64,000 nt of DNA from an uncultured Actinomycetaceae bacterium (GTDB taxonomy: Bacteria; Actinomycetota; Actinomycetes; Actinomycetales; Actinomycetaceae). The position numbers were made by a program, and so were the translations under genes. The stretch is from contig CABQJD010000001.1 of assembly GCA_902464405.1 (NCBI GenBank), positions 22,408-86,407 of the forward strand. Reading direction: 5' to 3'. A model generated the notes under the pieces. That model was not told the DNA's origin and ran no database searches. It worked only from the letters and a program-made list of their open reading frames with translations. Positions 20,546 to 31,567 of this stretch are shown in pieces; position 1 is the first letter of the stretch; each line of letters opens with the position of its first letter.

Positions 20546-21733
20546 TTAACCTAGCACGCCCTCGCGCACAACTACCTCAGGAGTTAGATCGCTGGCAAGA
20601 ACCACGAAATTCGGCTTTTCACCAACAACGAAATCGAGCGTCACGCCTGGATTATCATTAGTGAGTCCTAAGGCATGAGCAGGAGCTGCTACAGCAGCTT
20701 TCACGCTTGCTGGCACACAGACAACGCCAGCATCATGGGTGAGCTTGATATGCTCCACAAGACGAGACGTACCGCCAGCAATCGCACCGCCTTCGGTGAG
20801 ACGAGCTACCCCATCGGCAACCGTCACGGGAGCGCCACCGAGCACGTATGCTCCATCTTCCAGACCAGCCGCAGCCATAGCATCCGTCACGTACATGACC
20901 CCAAGACCATCGCCAGAATCTTGTACATAGTTCACAACGTCACCAACGAGATCGATATTGACGTGTACAGTATCGGCAATAATCTCAACCACGGCTTCGC
21001 CGCGGCGAGCTGCCTGAATAAGCTCACGCACAGGGCCTGGCTCGCGGTGAGCAAGAGTTGGCATTGCGTTAAAGAGATGCGTTGCGGTTTGCGGCACACG
21101 AGGATAGCTAATCGACCGCGCATAATCCATAGTTGCCGCAATTCGGTTACGTGCCTCTTCTGTGGTGGCAGAAGTATGCCCCCAGCTTGGAATTGCTCCG
21201 TACTCAAGGAGGAGGGCTGCAGCTTCAGCTGCATTCTCCAGCTCTGGAGCGATCGTCATCGTCTTAATCCAGCCTTTGCCAGCCTCAAGCCACGAACGAA
21301 GTTCATCGAGATCAGGAATACGCTGAGCAGCAGGATTCTGGGCACCGAGCTTATGCGGAGAAACGTAAGGACCTTCGCAATGAATACCAAGCAAATCGCC
21401 GCGTTCGCAGAAAGGAACGAGCAGCTCAATCTGCGGCAGCGGATCAATCATCGAAACGAGCGAAGCGAGCATAGCCGTAGTACCCTTCACTCGGTGAGCA
21501 TCGATCGCAGTCTGCACATCTTCGGGAGTCCAGCTATCTGGGAAAGACGCTCCACCACCGCCGTGGCAGTGCACATCGATCACGCCAGGAATAATCCAGC
21601 CCTCTGGCTCTCCTGCCACACCGCATTCACCTGCAGGTGTGATTGCCGCGATACTACCGTCTTCGCCAAGCTCTAAACCCCAGCCTACAAGCTCGCCAAA
21701 ACCGTTAAGAACTTTTCCTTCATATACAGCCAT
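20546..21733 (-). CDS. nagA: N-acetylglucosamine-6-phosphate deacetylase
   Basis: PGVIDVHCHG, HCEGPY, THLFNAM, VTDAM; adjacent to nagB. Confidence 0.92.
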   Translation of the reverse strand: MAVYEGKVLNGFGELVGWGLELGEDGSIAAITPAGECGVAGEPEGWIIPGVIDVHCHGGGGASFPDSWTPEDVQTAIDAHRVKGTTAMLASLVSMIDPLPQIELLVPFCERGDLLGIHCEGPYVSPHKLGAQNPAAQRIPDLDELRSWLEAGKGWIKTMTIAPELENAAEAAALLLEYGAIPSWGHTSATTEEARNRIAATMDYARSISYPRVPQTATHLFNAMPTLAHREPGPVRELIQAARRGEAVVEIIADTVHVNIDLVGDVVNYVQDSGDGLGVMYVTDAMAAAGLEDGAYVLGGAPVTVADGVARLTEGGAIAGGTSRLVEHIKLTHDAGVVCVPASVKAAVAAPAHALGLTNDNPGVTLDFVVGEKPNFVVLASDLTPEVVVREGVLG

Positions 21734-21786
21734 TTTTATCACCTAAAACAAAATCAGCTACGTTTTTCTTTATTTTCAGCTGTATT

Positions 21787-22560
21787 TCAGCGATTTGCCC
21801 AGCGTTCACGGTAAAAATCTGCAAGTTCCAGTTTGCTGGCTGCGGCCTCATCAACAAGCACCATCACTTCCGGGTGCATCTGCAAAATAGTGGCTGGCCA
21901 TTTTGCGGAGATTCCGCCCTCAACAAGCTCACGCACAGCGTCTGCTTTATTTGCCCCTGTTGCAATCAGAAGAATTCGCTGTGCCTCCATAATCGTGCCC
22001 AAGCCTTGAGTAATACACTTCGAAGGAACCTTGGAAAGATCGTTATCGAAGAAGCGCGCATTATCTTCGCGGGTCTTTGCGGTGAGAGAATCAACGTGCG
22101 CACGAGAGACGAGAGAAATTCCTGGCTCGTTGAATCCGATGTGCCCGTCTGCGCCAATACCAAGAATCTGGAGGGTGACGCCGCCAGTTGCCTTAATTTC
22201 TGCATCATACTCATCTGCTGCAGCTTCAGGATCAGCCGCATTGGCGTCTGGGGTGTGGAGCTTTTCATCTGCGAGCCCCGTCTTATCAGCGCCGACAAGC
22301 TCAGCACGCAGCACGTTGCGGTAGCGCTCTGGATGATCCGGATCGATACCTACGTATTCATCGAGTGCCACAGCTTGCGCGTCTTCCAGTGTGAATGTGC
22401 CTGCAGCGTGAGCCTCGCGAAGCCGCTCATACAAGGGAAGTGGCGTCGATCCCGTCGCCACACCGAGTACCTTATGATCAGTTGCGTTCATTACAGAGAT
22501 AAGATATTCAGCCGCAACTTCGGCTACTTCACGTTCATTCGAAAAAATCCCCACATGCAT
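21787..22560 (-). CDS. nagB: Glucosamine-6-phosphate deaminase
   Basis: LGVATGSTP, LDEYVG, GHIGFNEPG. Confidence 0.95.
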   Translation of the reverse strand: MHVGIFSNEREVAEVAAEYLISVMNATDHKVLGVATGSTPLPLYERLREAHAAGTFTLEDAQAVALDEYVGIDPDHPERYRNVLRAELVGADKTGLADEKLHTPDANAADPEAAADEYDAEIKATGGVTLQILGIGADGHIGFNEPGISLVSRAHVDSLTAKTREDNARFFDNDLSKVPSKCITQGLGTIMEAQRILLIATGANKADAVRELVEGGISAKWPATILQMHPEVMVLVDEAAASKLELADFYRERWANR

Positions 22561-22743
22561 GCTATTGCCTTCCGTTTTACTTCAACATCATCCTCGATGC
22601 CTTTCATATTTCAGAATAGGGCAATAATGAGTAAAAGTGCTCGAAATACGAAAGAAACTCAAAAAATTTGAGCATTTATATAAGCCGCCAATCACAGAAC
22701 TGAGCAACGCCAATCTGCTCGGAAAGCTGCAACGTACCTGCTG

Positions 22744-23325
22744 CTATCTCGTCACATCAATGCGATGAAAATTAAGGAAACTACGGCTCGCAGTCGGCCC
22801 TCGCTGCCCCTGATAGCGCGAACCTTGAGCGCCTGCACCGTAAGGAGCGTCTGCTGACGTTGAAAGCTCAAAGAAGCAAAGCTGCCCTACTTTCATACCC
22901 GGATAGAGCTTAATCGGCATTGTTGCAGTGTTGGAAAGTTCAAGCGTCACGTGCCCTGAAAAGCCAGGATCGATAAATCCTGCTGTAGAATGCGTGAGAA
23001 GCCCGAGACGCCCAAGCGAGCTTTTCCCTTCGAGACGAGCAGCTACAGCGTCACCCAGAGTAACCTGCTCAAAGGTACTTCCAAGCACGAATTCACCAGG
23101 GTGCAAGACGAAACAGCCATCAGCTGGCACTTCTACCACAGAGGTGAGGGAATCTTGCTCAGCGGCGGGATCAATCACGTCATAACGGTGATTATTAAAC
23201 AGGCGAAAATAGCGGTCGAGATGAATATCCACAGAACTAGGCTGGATCATTTCAGGATCCCAAGGATCGAGGGCGATCTGCCCGTTGTGCACATACTCAC
23301 GAATCGAATAATCTGAAAGAAGCAT
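22744..23325 (-). CDS. dcd: dCTP deaminase
   Basis: [32 protein letters not shown]. Confidence 0.95.
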   Translation of the reverse strand: MLLSDYSIREYVHNGQIALDPWDPEMIQPSSVDIHLDRYFRLFNNHRYDVIDPAAEQDSLTSVVEVPADGCFVLHPGEFVLGSTFEQVTLGDAVAARLEGKSSLGRLGLLTHSTAGFIDPGFSGHVTLELSNTATMPIKLYPGMKVGQLCFFELSTSADAPYGAGAQGSRYQGQRGPTASRSFLNFHRIDVTR

Positions 23326-23548
23326 GCTTTTAGTATAGGCGAGCAACAAAGGCAAAAAGTAAAAACGATAAAAACGAACCACTGCAACCACACCAAGCAT
23401 ATAAGTATACGAGTGTAAAAAATGTATAATTATCGGGCATATAATTTATTTGGAGTTCTCCATATTCAGCTATATCCTAAAGAGCTTGGAAGCAATGAAA
23501 AATGCATAGCGCTGTGATGAGATATAGCTAAGGTGGTGGCACGCATAT

Positions 23549-24151
23549 ATGGAACTTTCAGATATCCAAAAGCAAGTAGTAACGTACATTCAAAATAAAA
23601 AAGATTGGGCGGCAATTGTTGAAATTGCAGATAGTCTAAGCGTGCACCCAAATTCTGTTCGCGCAGCAGTCACCTATCTTACTGATGAAGGAATCCTCGA
23701 ACGCAAGCAGCATCGCGATGGCGCACGCGGACGCCCAACGTTTGTTTTCCGAGCACGTAGCGGGCGCTTTACCATGATTCGAGACGCCCTCAAAGCAATG
23801 GAGAGCGCCAGCGAAGACGAGCAGAAAATTATAGAAGCTCTTATCACAGGGCGCTACGGCGGAGCCTTGGAAGATTCAGAGGATATTCATGCAGATGTAG
23901 TGAACTTTTTGAAATATCTCGATGTGCAATCCTACAAAGATAACGACGAAATTCATGTGACGGCATGCCCCTTCCGTGAACTTAATGGCGGTAAAGCAGG
24001 ATATACCTGCCGTATTCATCGCATGATTATCCAGCAGGCAGTTGGCTCCAGCTGGCTTGTGCAGCTGAGCCCTCTGCACGCCGATAATGAATGCAGAATT
24101 CGAATCAAACTCACGAATACAGAGCCAAAAGTTACCTCTTCACCGTGTTAG
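23549..24151 (+). CDS. Winged-helix transcriptional regulator with C-terminal CPF...CxxH motif
   Basis: LSVHPNSVR HTH, RGRP, ACPFREL...CRIH. Confidence 0.75.
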   Translation: MELSDIQKQVVTYIQNKKDWAAIVEIADSLSVHPNSVRAAVTYLTDEGILERKQHRDGARGRPTFVFRARSGRFTMIRDALKAMESASEDEQKIIEALITGRYGGALEDSEDIHADVVNFLKYLDVQSYKDNDEIHVTACPFRELNGGKAGYTCRIHRMIIQQAVGSSWLVQLSPLHADNECRIRIKLTNTEPKVTSSPC

Positions 24152-24168
24152 TTTGTTAGATTAGTGAT

Positions 24169-24780
24169 GTGAATCCTCAACAGAGCAGCCCTCGAGCTAG
24201 ATATCAGAAACGTATGCGCCAGCGTCAGACCGTTATCTTCGGTTCAATTGGTGCAGTTATGGCTGCTCTGCTGATTATCAGCACACTCTTTTGGACTAAT
24301 CTCGTGCCTTTTCCGTTTAATCGGGAGTTTTCGAGAAAAATTGACCCAACGTCATATATCCCCTGTATAGATAAAGACGCATCTCCTGCGGCGCTAGATA
24401 AAATCAATGTGCGCGTCTACAACTCCACTGAAACTCAGGGGCTTGCATCGAAAGTTGGCGAAGCTCTCACAGAAGCTGGAGTCACAGTTACTGAGACAAC
24501 CAACTGGGCAGGAGATCCTGTCTCAAATAGCGTCAAGATTTTTACGAGTGCCGAAGGAGTGCCTCTCGCTTACACCTTGCGCGGATTCTTCCCACAAGCC
24601 AATGTGCATTTCGATCCTTCACTCACTGGCACGCAAGTAGACGTGGTTCTGGGGAGTAGATGGGACGATAAAATCGATCTCGTCTCAACGCCAACCCCTG
24701 AGCAATATGCAGCTGCCATGAAACCGATTAAAGGCTGCACAGCTATCAAAGATCTTCCCAGCGATAACAAGAAGAAATAG
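24169..24780 (+). CDS. LytR C-terminal domain membrane protein
   Basis: One TM helix, VRVYNST..GLA, VDVVLG. Confidence 0.8.
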   Translation: MNPQQSSPRARYQKRMRQRQTVIFGSIGAVMAALLIISTLFWTNLVPFPFNREFSRKIDPTSYIPCIDKDASPAALDKINVRVYNSTETQGLASKVGEALTEAGVTVTETTNWAGDPVSNSVKIFTSAEGVPLAYTLRGFFPQANVHFDPSLTGTQVDVVLGSRWDDKIDLVSTPTPEQYAAAMKPIKGCTAIKDLPSDNKKK

Positions 24781-24921
24781 CGGCACCCCGCACAATAGTG
24801 CCCGCACCGAATATGGTATTCGCATAAGTATGCGCACGTGACGCCAAACCAGAGTCTTATTCGTTCAATTTCCCATGCTAGGATTATTGGGTTGATTACC
24901 TTGTATTTAGCCTTTAGCTAG

Positions 24922-26361
24922 CTAATCAACGTCGCCCACGAATCTTTGCACGGCAGAGTTCACGTACTGAGTAGTTGCGATACGCGAAATTCCATTTGCA
25001 ACAATAAAAAAGCCGAATGCCGCTTTCCATGCTGAACGTTTCTTTCCTGCGCTTGGCCGCAATGCACTGGAAAGAATTGCGCCTCCCACAGCAGTCTGGC
25101 ATGCAGATACCATTGCCATCGCCCACGGACGCTTCAAATATGCGTGGCGAAATGCGTCTGCCACATCAGAATTCACGTGACCTTCACCCGCAACTTCCCA
25201 CGCCAGCGCCTCTGTAAATGCCCCTGCAGCTCCGCGCGGTTCAAATATCTTGATTCCTGGGATCGCATCGATCGGCACATCATCTTCCAGCATACTGAGC
25301 ACCTCAGCCGGCAACCCCAAAGCAGAGACAAGAGCACTTGCCGCACACTCTCGGTCAACAAGCAAAGCATCACGCACTGCAGCAAAAGTCACATCAACGA
25401 GATCGGCAACTCCCGCACGAGCCACACCTCCTGCGCCAAGTTCACTTCGCACAAAAGCAAGAGCCTTATCATCAGAAGCTACAAGTGTGACGCCGAGTGC
25501 ATCATCAACACTAGTTTGATCATCGGCTCCCTGCGCGGCGTTCATACTCGCACTTCCACCTTCATTGCTGCGCGCTTTCACCCACTCAAATGGCGGCATT
25601 TCGCCGCTCCAACCCCACAGGATATTACGCCCCATACGAGTGACTATTAAATGCGGAGACTTATCAGAATCAGCTAAGACGAATAGCAGCGAATAATCCA
25701 GCGCTGGGAATACGCCCGATGAGAGTTTCGCAGTGCGCTCAGGCACCACAAGTTTCACATCACCCATTCTCAGCAAACCAAAATTCATATTATGAGCAGT
25801 GGCATACACAGGAATTTCAGACGTCGCAATATCAGCTAAAGCAAAAGCTCTGCCTTGAGGAATTAAATCTTCCGTCTTTTCTCCAACGATGCTCTCGCCA
25901 CCAGACGCATCATCGCCCGACTCACTTTCCTCTAACGCATCCTCACCACTACACGAGACCTCTTGAGAAACGTCTTCCGTAGAATCACTCTCTTGCAAAG
26001 AATCTCTCATATCAAATGCCAGCGAAGAATCATCAATATCCACCGCACCAATATCAAGCGGACCAAAAAGTTCTACTCCAGGCAGCGCCACTTCAACCTT
26101 ACGCAAGGATTCGTGGAGAAAGCCTGCCAGATTTTCTAAGCTACGCCCTTTGATAATTTCTCCGCTCTCATCAAGCGTAGCTGCTCGGCGACGACGCCCA
26201 GCAATCGCAATCTCAAATTCAAAAACAGCTGGATTTTCTTGTGAAAGCGCACCAATCCCTAAAATACGTTCCTCGGTAAAGAGAGCTTGAATATCAGCCT
26301 CGGAAGTAAGATCTGTATCAAGAAGAGTGATGCTTCCTCGAATAGGGCGCCATGCCGTCAT
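24922..26361 (-). CDS. Hypothetical protein with C-terminal membrane anchor
   Basis: Long ORF, acidic linker, two C-terminal hydrophobic segments; start uncertain. Confidence 0.7.
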   Translation of the reverse strand: MTAWRPIRGSITLLDTDLTSEADIQALFTEERILGIGALSQENPAVFEFEIAIAGRRRRAATLDESGEIIKGRSLENLAGFLHESLRKVEVALPGVELFGPLDIGAVDIDDSSLAFDMRDSLQESDSTEDVSQEVSCSGEDALEESESGDDASGGESIVGEKTEDLIPQGRAFALADIATSEIPVYATAHNMNFGLLRMGDVKLVVPERTAKLSSGVFPALDYSLLFVLADSDKSPHLIVTRMGRNILWGWSGEMPPFEWVKARSNEGGSASMNAAQGADDQTSVDDALGVTLVASDDKALAFVRSELGAGGVARAGVADLVDVTFAAVRDALLVDRECAASALVSALGLPAEVLSMLEDDVPIDAIPGIKIFEPRGAAGAFTEALAWEVAGEGHVNSDVADAFRHAYLKRPWAMAMVSACQTAVGGAILSSALRPSAGKKRSAWKAAFGFFIVANGISRIATTQYVNSAVQRFVGDVD

Positions 26362-26743
26362 GCCGATACCTTTCACTAAAAGAACTATCTGCTCCTAGTG
26401 TACCTACTCACAGACAAAATACCCGAGATCGCGGCGAAGAAATCAAGACTAATACTCGAGCAAAGCAATCCCGACGATGAAGCATACCTTAATCCCAGAC
26501 CATCAAAATAAATGCTCATCTATATCCGCTGTAAACAACTGCAAACTATAGAGATTACTGACCAGAGGATATAAGAATTAAGAGCACAGGCTGAGTTGCA
26601 ATCACGCCCACAATCTAATCGAAATCACGTTCACGCACCCATAATGCACCTAAAGATACACAATGCACCTGCGAAAGTACCCCCCCCCATAAAAGAAAGC
26701 GCACCCTCACAAAAGTACGTTCTACGAAAGCTCTCGCAGCACC

Positions 26744-27742
26744 TCACAAAAGTTCACTCTTGGAACACCGAAGCTGATCCACCTGATAGAGAGCAATACC
26801 AGTTGCCACAGCAGCATTTAAGCTCTCCATCTGCGAAGCAATAGGAATAGCGGCAATCATATCGCAGGTTTCTCGCACAAGCCGAGATAATCCCGACCCT
26901 TCAGAGCCCGTCACCAACACAATTGGAGCATCGGCGCAGGGAAGCTCTGCCACAGATACAGCACCTTCCTCCCCGGCAAGACCTACCACAAAATATCCTT
27001 GCTTCTTCAGCTCCTTGAGCGTGAGCACCAAATTCGTCTCTCTTGCCACAGGCACTCGTGCCATCGCGCCCGCACTCACTTTCCACACTGTTGCATTCAC
27101 AGATGCACTGCGCCGCTCGGTAATGAGTACACCATCAGCATTAAAAGCGCTCGATGAACGCACAACCGCACCCAAATTATGAGGATCGGTGACGGCATCT
27201 AGAGCTACAATCAACCCTGGTTTTCCATCTCGGCGCTTAGCAGCAGCATCTACTAAATCCATTGCCGTCACGTATTCATACGGAAGCACTTCGAGCGCAA
27301 TCCCTTGATGCACAGCTCCGCTGCTGAGGATATCCATATCTGCACGCGTCACTTCAACAATCGGCACACCAGCCGCAGCAGCATCTCGCACCACGGAAAT
27401 AACCCGTTCATCATGCGCGAGCGCACTGACCATAAACACGCGGCTATACTCAATCCCAACAGCCACGGCTTCTGCCACTGGATTACGCCCAGTCACCAAT
27501 TCATGCCCAGGGCGCAGATGTAAACTCGCTTTCAGCTTCGGAGCTTTAGCCTGAGCCTGAGCAGCTTTAGCTTGAGCAACAAGTTTACGTTTATACGCTG
27601 GATGATAGGGGCGATCCTCCGCTTTTGGGATATTTTTATGCCCTTCAAGGCGCCCGCGATTTTTACCACCGCTGCCCTTGCTCGCGCCTTTCTTCTTACG
27701 CGTGCTCTTCGATCCTGCTGGTCGCCCGAAATGATCTGCCAT
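26744..27742 (-). CDS. rlmB: 23S rRNA G2251 2'-O-methyltransferase
   Basis: TDPHNLGA, GSEG, ESLNAAVA SpoU motifs; downstream of cysS. Confidence 0.92.
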   Translation of the reverse strand: MADHFGRPAGSKSTRKKKGASKGSGGKNRGRLEGHKNIPKAEDRPYHPAYKRKLVAQAKAAQAQAKAPKLKASLHLRPGHELVTGRNPVAEAVAVGIEYSRVFMVSALAHDERVISVVRDAAAAGVPIVEVTRADMDILSSGAVHQGIALEVLPYEYVTAMDLVDAAAKRRDGKPGLIVALDAVTDPHNLGAVVRSSSAFNADGVLITERRSASVNATVWKVSAGAMARVPVARETNLVLTLKELKKQGYFVVGLAGEEGAVSVAELPCADAPIVLVTGSEGSGLSRLVRETCDMIAAIPIASQMESLNAAVATGIALYQVDQLRCSKSELL

Positions 27743-27817
27743 TTTTACGTCTTTCTTCGGTATGCGTATATCTCATCATGCGTTTCTTGTTTAACGCCTG
27801 CCGCAATGAGGAGAGAT

Positions 27818-29251
27818 TCAGTCGCTGATTTTCCAGCGTGCCCCCTCAGCACCATCTTCAACCGTGATCCCTGCCGCCGTAAGAGAATCACGCAAAGCGT
27901 CCGCTCGTGCCCAATTCTTTTCGGCGCGAGCCTCAGCTCGCTGCTCAAGAATCTCTTGCGCCAGCGTATCGAGAGCTTTGTATATTCTACTACTCTGCAC
28001 ATCAGAAGCTCCAGTATTCCAAGGCTCTGCCATAGGGTCAAGACCGAAAACATCGAGCATTGAGCGCACAAGCAGCTGCTCGCAACGAGCCTCTACATCG
28101 TCATTATGGCTCAACGCCGTGTTTCCCAGCCGCACATGCTCATGGATAACCGCGAGCGCCGCGCTTGCATTTAAATCGTCGTCCATCGCAGCTGTAAATT
28201 CTGAGGGCAAATCTTCAGCTTTAAGAGCCGTCACTTCATCTCGCCCAATCTCACCAGTTGCTTCAACTGCGCGCTGCACAAAGCCATTCAAACGATCCCA
28301 CACAGCTCCTGCTTCTTCAAGAGTTCGCTCAGAATATGCCACAGTGGAACGGTAGTGCACCGTACCCAGCGCATAGCGCACCAACACCGCTGGGTATTGG
28401 CGCAAAATATTTTCCACAGTGAGCGAATTCCCGAGGCTCTTGCTCATCTTCTCACCGTCAATCGTCACCCATGCGTTGTGCATCCAATACTGGGCAAAAG
28501 CAAAACCGGCCGCATGGCTTTGAGCCTGCTCATTTTCATGGTGAGGGAAACGCAAATCCAGCCCGCCGCCGTGAATATCAAAACTTTCGCCTAGATACTT
28601 CCAGCTCATCGTCGAACATTCAAGATGCCAGCCAGGTCTCCCACGCCCCCACGGCGTGGACCAACTCGCTGTGGCAGGCTCTTCAGGCTTTGCGGCTTTC
28701 CAGAGGGCAAAATCCCGAGGATGCCGTTTATCTGGCTCACTTCCTTCTTCATCAACAGCAAGATCTTCAAGAGCTTGGTTTGTGAGCGAACCGTAATCTT
28801 TAAGCGAAGCGACGTCGAAGTAAACATTCCCTTCAGATCCTTGGTATGCGTGCCCCGAATCAATAATCCTCTGAATGAGGGCGATCATTTCTGGAACGTG
28901 CCCTGTGGCTCGTGGTTCATAGGTCGGCGGAAGTACGCCGAGCGCACGATATGCGGCTGCAAACTCCTGCTCGAAGCGATATGCCCACGCCCACCACGGG
29001 CGCTCCGCTTGAGAAGATTTCACCAAAATTTTATCGTCAATATCTGTGACGTTGCGCACCATCGTCACGTTATATCCATGACGCATGAGCCAACGTACCA
29101 GCACATCGAAAGCGAGAGCTGAGCGCATATGCCCAATATGAGGCGAACCTTGCACAGTGGCTCCACACAAATAAATTCCCACCTCACCAGGATTAATCGG
29201 ATGGAACTCGCGAAGTGCTCGGGCAGAAGAATCATAAATATGCAAACTCAC
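27818..29251 (-). CDS. cysS: Cysteinyl-tRNA synthetase
   Basis: HIGH, KMSKS, GRPGWHLEC. Confidence 0.97.
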   Translation of the reverse strand: MSLHIYDSSARALREFHPINPGEVGIYLCGATVQGSPHIGHMRSALAFDVLVRWLMRHGYNVTMVRNVTDIDDKILVKSSQAERPWWAWAYRFEQEFAAAYRALGVLPPTYEPRATGHVPEMIALIQRIIDSGHAYQGSEGNVYFDVASLKDYGSLTNQALEDLAVDEEGSEPDKRHPRDFALWKAAKPEEPATASWSTPWGRGRPGWHLECSTMSWKYLGESFDIHGGGLDLRFPHHENEQAQSHAAGFAFAQYWMHNAWVTIDGEKMSKSLGNSLTVENILRQYPAVLVRYALGTVHYRSTVAYSERTLEEAGAVWDRLNGFVQRAVEATGEIGRDEVTALKAEDLPSEFTAAMDDDLNASAALAVIHEHVRLGNTALSHNDDVEARCEQLLVRSMLDVFGLDPMAEPWNTGASDVQSSRIYKALDTLAQEILEQRAEARAEKNWARADALRDSLTAAGITVEDGAEGARWKISD

Positions 29252-29340
29252 GATCCTGATTTTACCGTTATTACATAGAATCGCACTAAAAGGTGCGTTG
29301 TTAATTATAAAACTTTCCCATTCACGGCTAGATTTAGACT

Positions 29341-30729
29341 ATGAGTGAAAACTACGCAGCCTCAACTTTTGAGGAAAGCAGCAAAGCCAATACAGCAACA
29401 CACAAGAATCGGACGTTTACACGTACAGTGTGGGCGTGGGGTTTTTGGGACTGGGCATCGGCGGCATTCAACGCAGTCGTCACCACGTTTGTCTTTTCCG
29501 TCTATCTCACCAACGCCAACCTTTTCGGTCCGACCGCAAATGCTTCGCTCGGCTACGCGCTCACAGTCGCTGGAATTCTTATTGCTATCGTCGCTCCCGC
29601 ACTCGGGCAGAGCGTTGATCGCTCTGGAAAGTCTGCCACAGTTCTTTCAGTAACGACGATTATCACGATTATCGTCACAGCTGGATTGTTTTTCGTGACG
29701 CCAATCCAAGCTGATGGAACCTCTCGCCTGTGGCTCGGGCTTTTCCTGCTCGCTCTTGGCAATATCTCTTTTGAGACAGGATCTGTGGTCTACAACGCAA
29801 TGCTCTCCGATATTTCCACAGAAAAAAACGTGGGAAAAATTTCTGGTTTTGGCTGGGGGCTTGGGTACGTTGGCGGAATCGTATTGCTACTCATCTTATT
29901 CGTCGGCTTCATCAATCCTGAGGTCGGCTGGTTTGGGGTGACGAGCGCAAACGGCTTAAATATTCGAGTTGCTATGCTTTTTGCCGCGCTCTGGACGATT
30001 GTTTTCTCTCTTCCTCTCATGCTAAGCGCCCGTAATAAACCTCGCCGCGAAGGCACGCAATCGCTCGGAATTATTGGAGCTTATCGTCAGCTTTGGCAAT
30101 CTATTGTGCGCCTATGGAATACTGATCGCTCAGTTGTATGGTTTCTCATTTCTTCCGCTATCTACCGTGATGGTTTAGCTGGCGTTTTCACTTTCGGCGC
30201 TATACTGGCTCAAACGGCTTTTGGATTCAGTGCTGGAGACGTGATTATTTTCGGGGTTGCCACAAACGTAGTAGCAGGAATCGCCACTATTGCTTTCGGC
30301 GTTCTCGACGATAAAATCGGCGCTCGCGCCGTGATTATTACAAGCCTTACGGCGATGTGTATCTGCGGTTTTGCCGTCTATCTTTTCCACGCTGGAATCG
30401 GACCTCTTTCCGCAACGGCTGTTTACTGGATTTTCGGGCTTGGGCTGTGCGTTTTTGTGGGGCCAACCCAATCAGCTTCGCGCACATTCCTTACCCGCAT
30501 TGCTCCTCGAGGCGAAGAAGGGGAACTTTTCGGTTTATACGCTACTACTGGGCGTGCTGTTTCTTTCCTTGCTCCATTCATGTATTCAACAGCAATCGTT
30601 TTGGGCGCAGGAATTGCTGGAACTACTCTCGAAGCAGCTGCCTATTTCGGCATTTTAGGATTGATGCTCGTATTTCTTATCGGTCTGCTTGCTTTTATCC
30701 CTGTAAAAGCAGGGCAACGTGAGGCATAG
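29341..30729 (+). CDS. MFS transporter (UMF1/ATG22-like)
   Basis: WDWASAAF, YNAML, GWGLGYVGG, about 12 TM segments. Confidence 0.85.
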   Translation: MSENYAASTFEESSKANTATHKNRTFTRTVWAWGFWDWASAAFNAVVTTFVFSVYLTNANLFGPTANASLGYALTVAGILIAIVAPALGQSVDRSGKSATVLSVTTIITIIVTAGLFFVTPIQADGTSRLWLGLFLLALGNISFETGSVVYNAMLSDISTEKNVGKISGFGWGLGYVGGIVLLLILFVGFINPEVGWFGVTSANGLNIRVAMLFAALWTIVFSLPLMLSARNKPRREGTQSLGIIGAYRQLWQSIVRLWNTDRSVVWFLISSAIYRDGLAGVFTFGAILAQTAFGFSAGDVIIFGVATNVVAGIATIAFGVLDDKIGARAVIITSLTAMCICGFAVYLFHAGIGPLSATAVYWIFGLGLCVFVGPTQSASRTFLTRIAPRGEEGELFGLYATTGRAVSFLAPFMYSTAIVLGAGIAGTTLEAAAYFGILGLMLVFLIGLLAFIPVKAGQREA

Positions 30730-30799
30730 CACCTCAAACACGTATAAAACCACTCCAGAACTGGTAGTTACTCAGTAATCGATTTGTTATTATGAGCTT

Positions 30800-31567
30800 A
30801 TGAATAGCACCCACAACGCGCAGGAACCGATCTCTGCCCCCTCAATGCCATTAACTCTATGTGCATGGGGAGTGCATATTTTCACGATGACGGGCTTGGC
30901 ATGCGCCACGCTTGCCCTCCTCTCCCTCATCGAGCACCGCATCGACCTCATGTGGCTCTGGCTCGGAATCGCTCTCATCGTCGATGGCATTGATGGAACA
31001 TTTGCGCGCAAAGTTCGAGTAAAAGAAGTGCTCCCTTGGTTTGATGGCGGAATTCTCGATATTTTAATCGACTACATCACTTGGACTTTTATCCCTGCTA
31101 TTTTTATGTACACCAATCTCCCTATGGGGCCAAAACCTCTCGCTGGAATCCTCACCGTCCTTATTCTCACGAGTTCAACTCTCTGCTACGCCAACGAACA
31201 CTGGAAATCATCCGATTTCTACTTCTACGGCTTCCCAGCTGCATGGAATATCGTAGCGGTGATCCTCTACATACTAAGCGCCAACGAAGTATGGACAATC
31301 GGCGTCACTGCGCTGTGTATTATCCTGACGATCGTTCCCAGCTACTGGACTCACCCATTCCGCGTGAAACGATTCATGCCAATCAATATCACAGCGATTC
31401 TCATGTGGATCGGATCTGTGGCATGGCTTGTTGTAGCTCACCCTACCCGCCCGCTGCCAGCACTTATCATTTTCTGGGTGAGCGGTGCTTGGTTTATGCT
31501 AAGCTGCGCTATTCGCACATTCACTGGGCCTGATCGCCCTCGATCACATCGCAGCAGGCGGCGATGA
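30800..31567 (+). CDS. CDP-alcohol phosphatidyltransferase, phosphatidylcholine synthase-like
   Basis: VHIFT, DGIDGTFAR, DGGILDILIDY, FYGFPAAWN. Confidence 0.8.
   Translation: MNSTHNAQEPISAPSMPLTLCAWGVHIFTMTGLACATLALLSLIEHRIDLMWLWLGIALIVDGIDGTFARKVRVKEVLPWFDGGILDILIDYITWTFIPAIFMYTNLPMGPKPLAGILTVLILTSSTLCYANEHWKSSDFYFYGFPAAWNIVAVILYILSANEVWTIGVTALCIILTIVPSYWTHPFRVKRFMPINITAILMWIGSVAWLVVAHPTRPLPALIIFWVSGAWFMLSCAIRTFTGPDRPRSHRSRRR

Noticed and set aside
20675..21676. Long antisense ORFs (333 aa here; also 7613-8290, 21874-22671, 41558-42439, 44875-45654, 50418-51086)
   Set aside because: They lie opposite well-supported genes and have no motifs; expected shadow ORFs.
26680..26688. C9 homopolymer as a phase-variation switch
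   Set aside because: Intergenic, over 300 bp from the next start codon, no evident promoter link.
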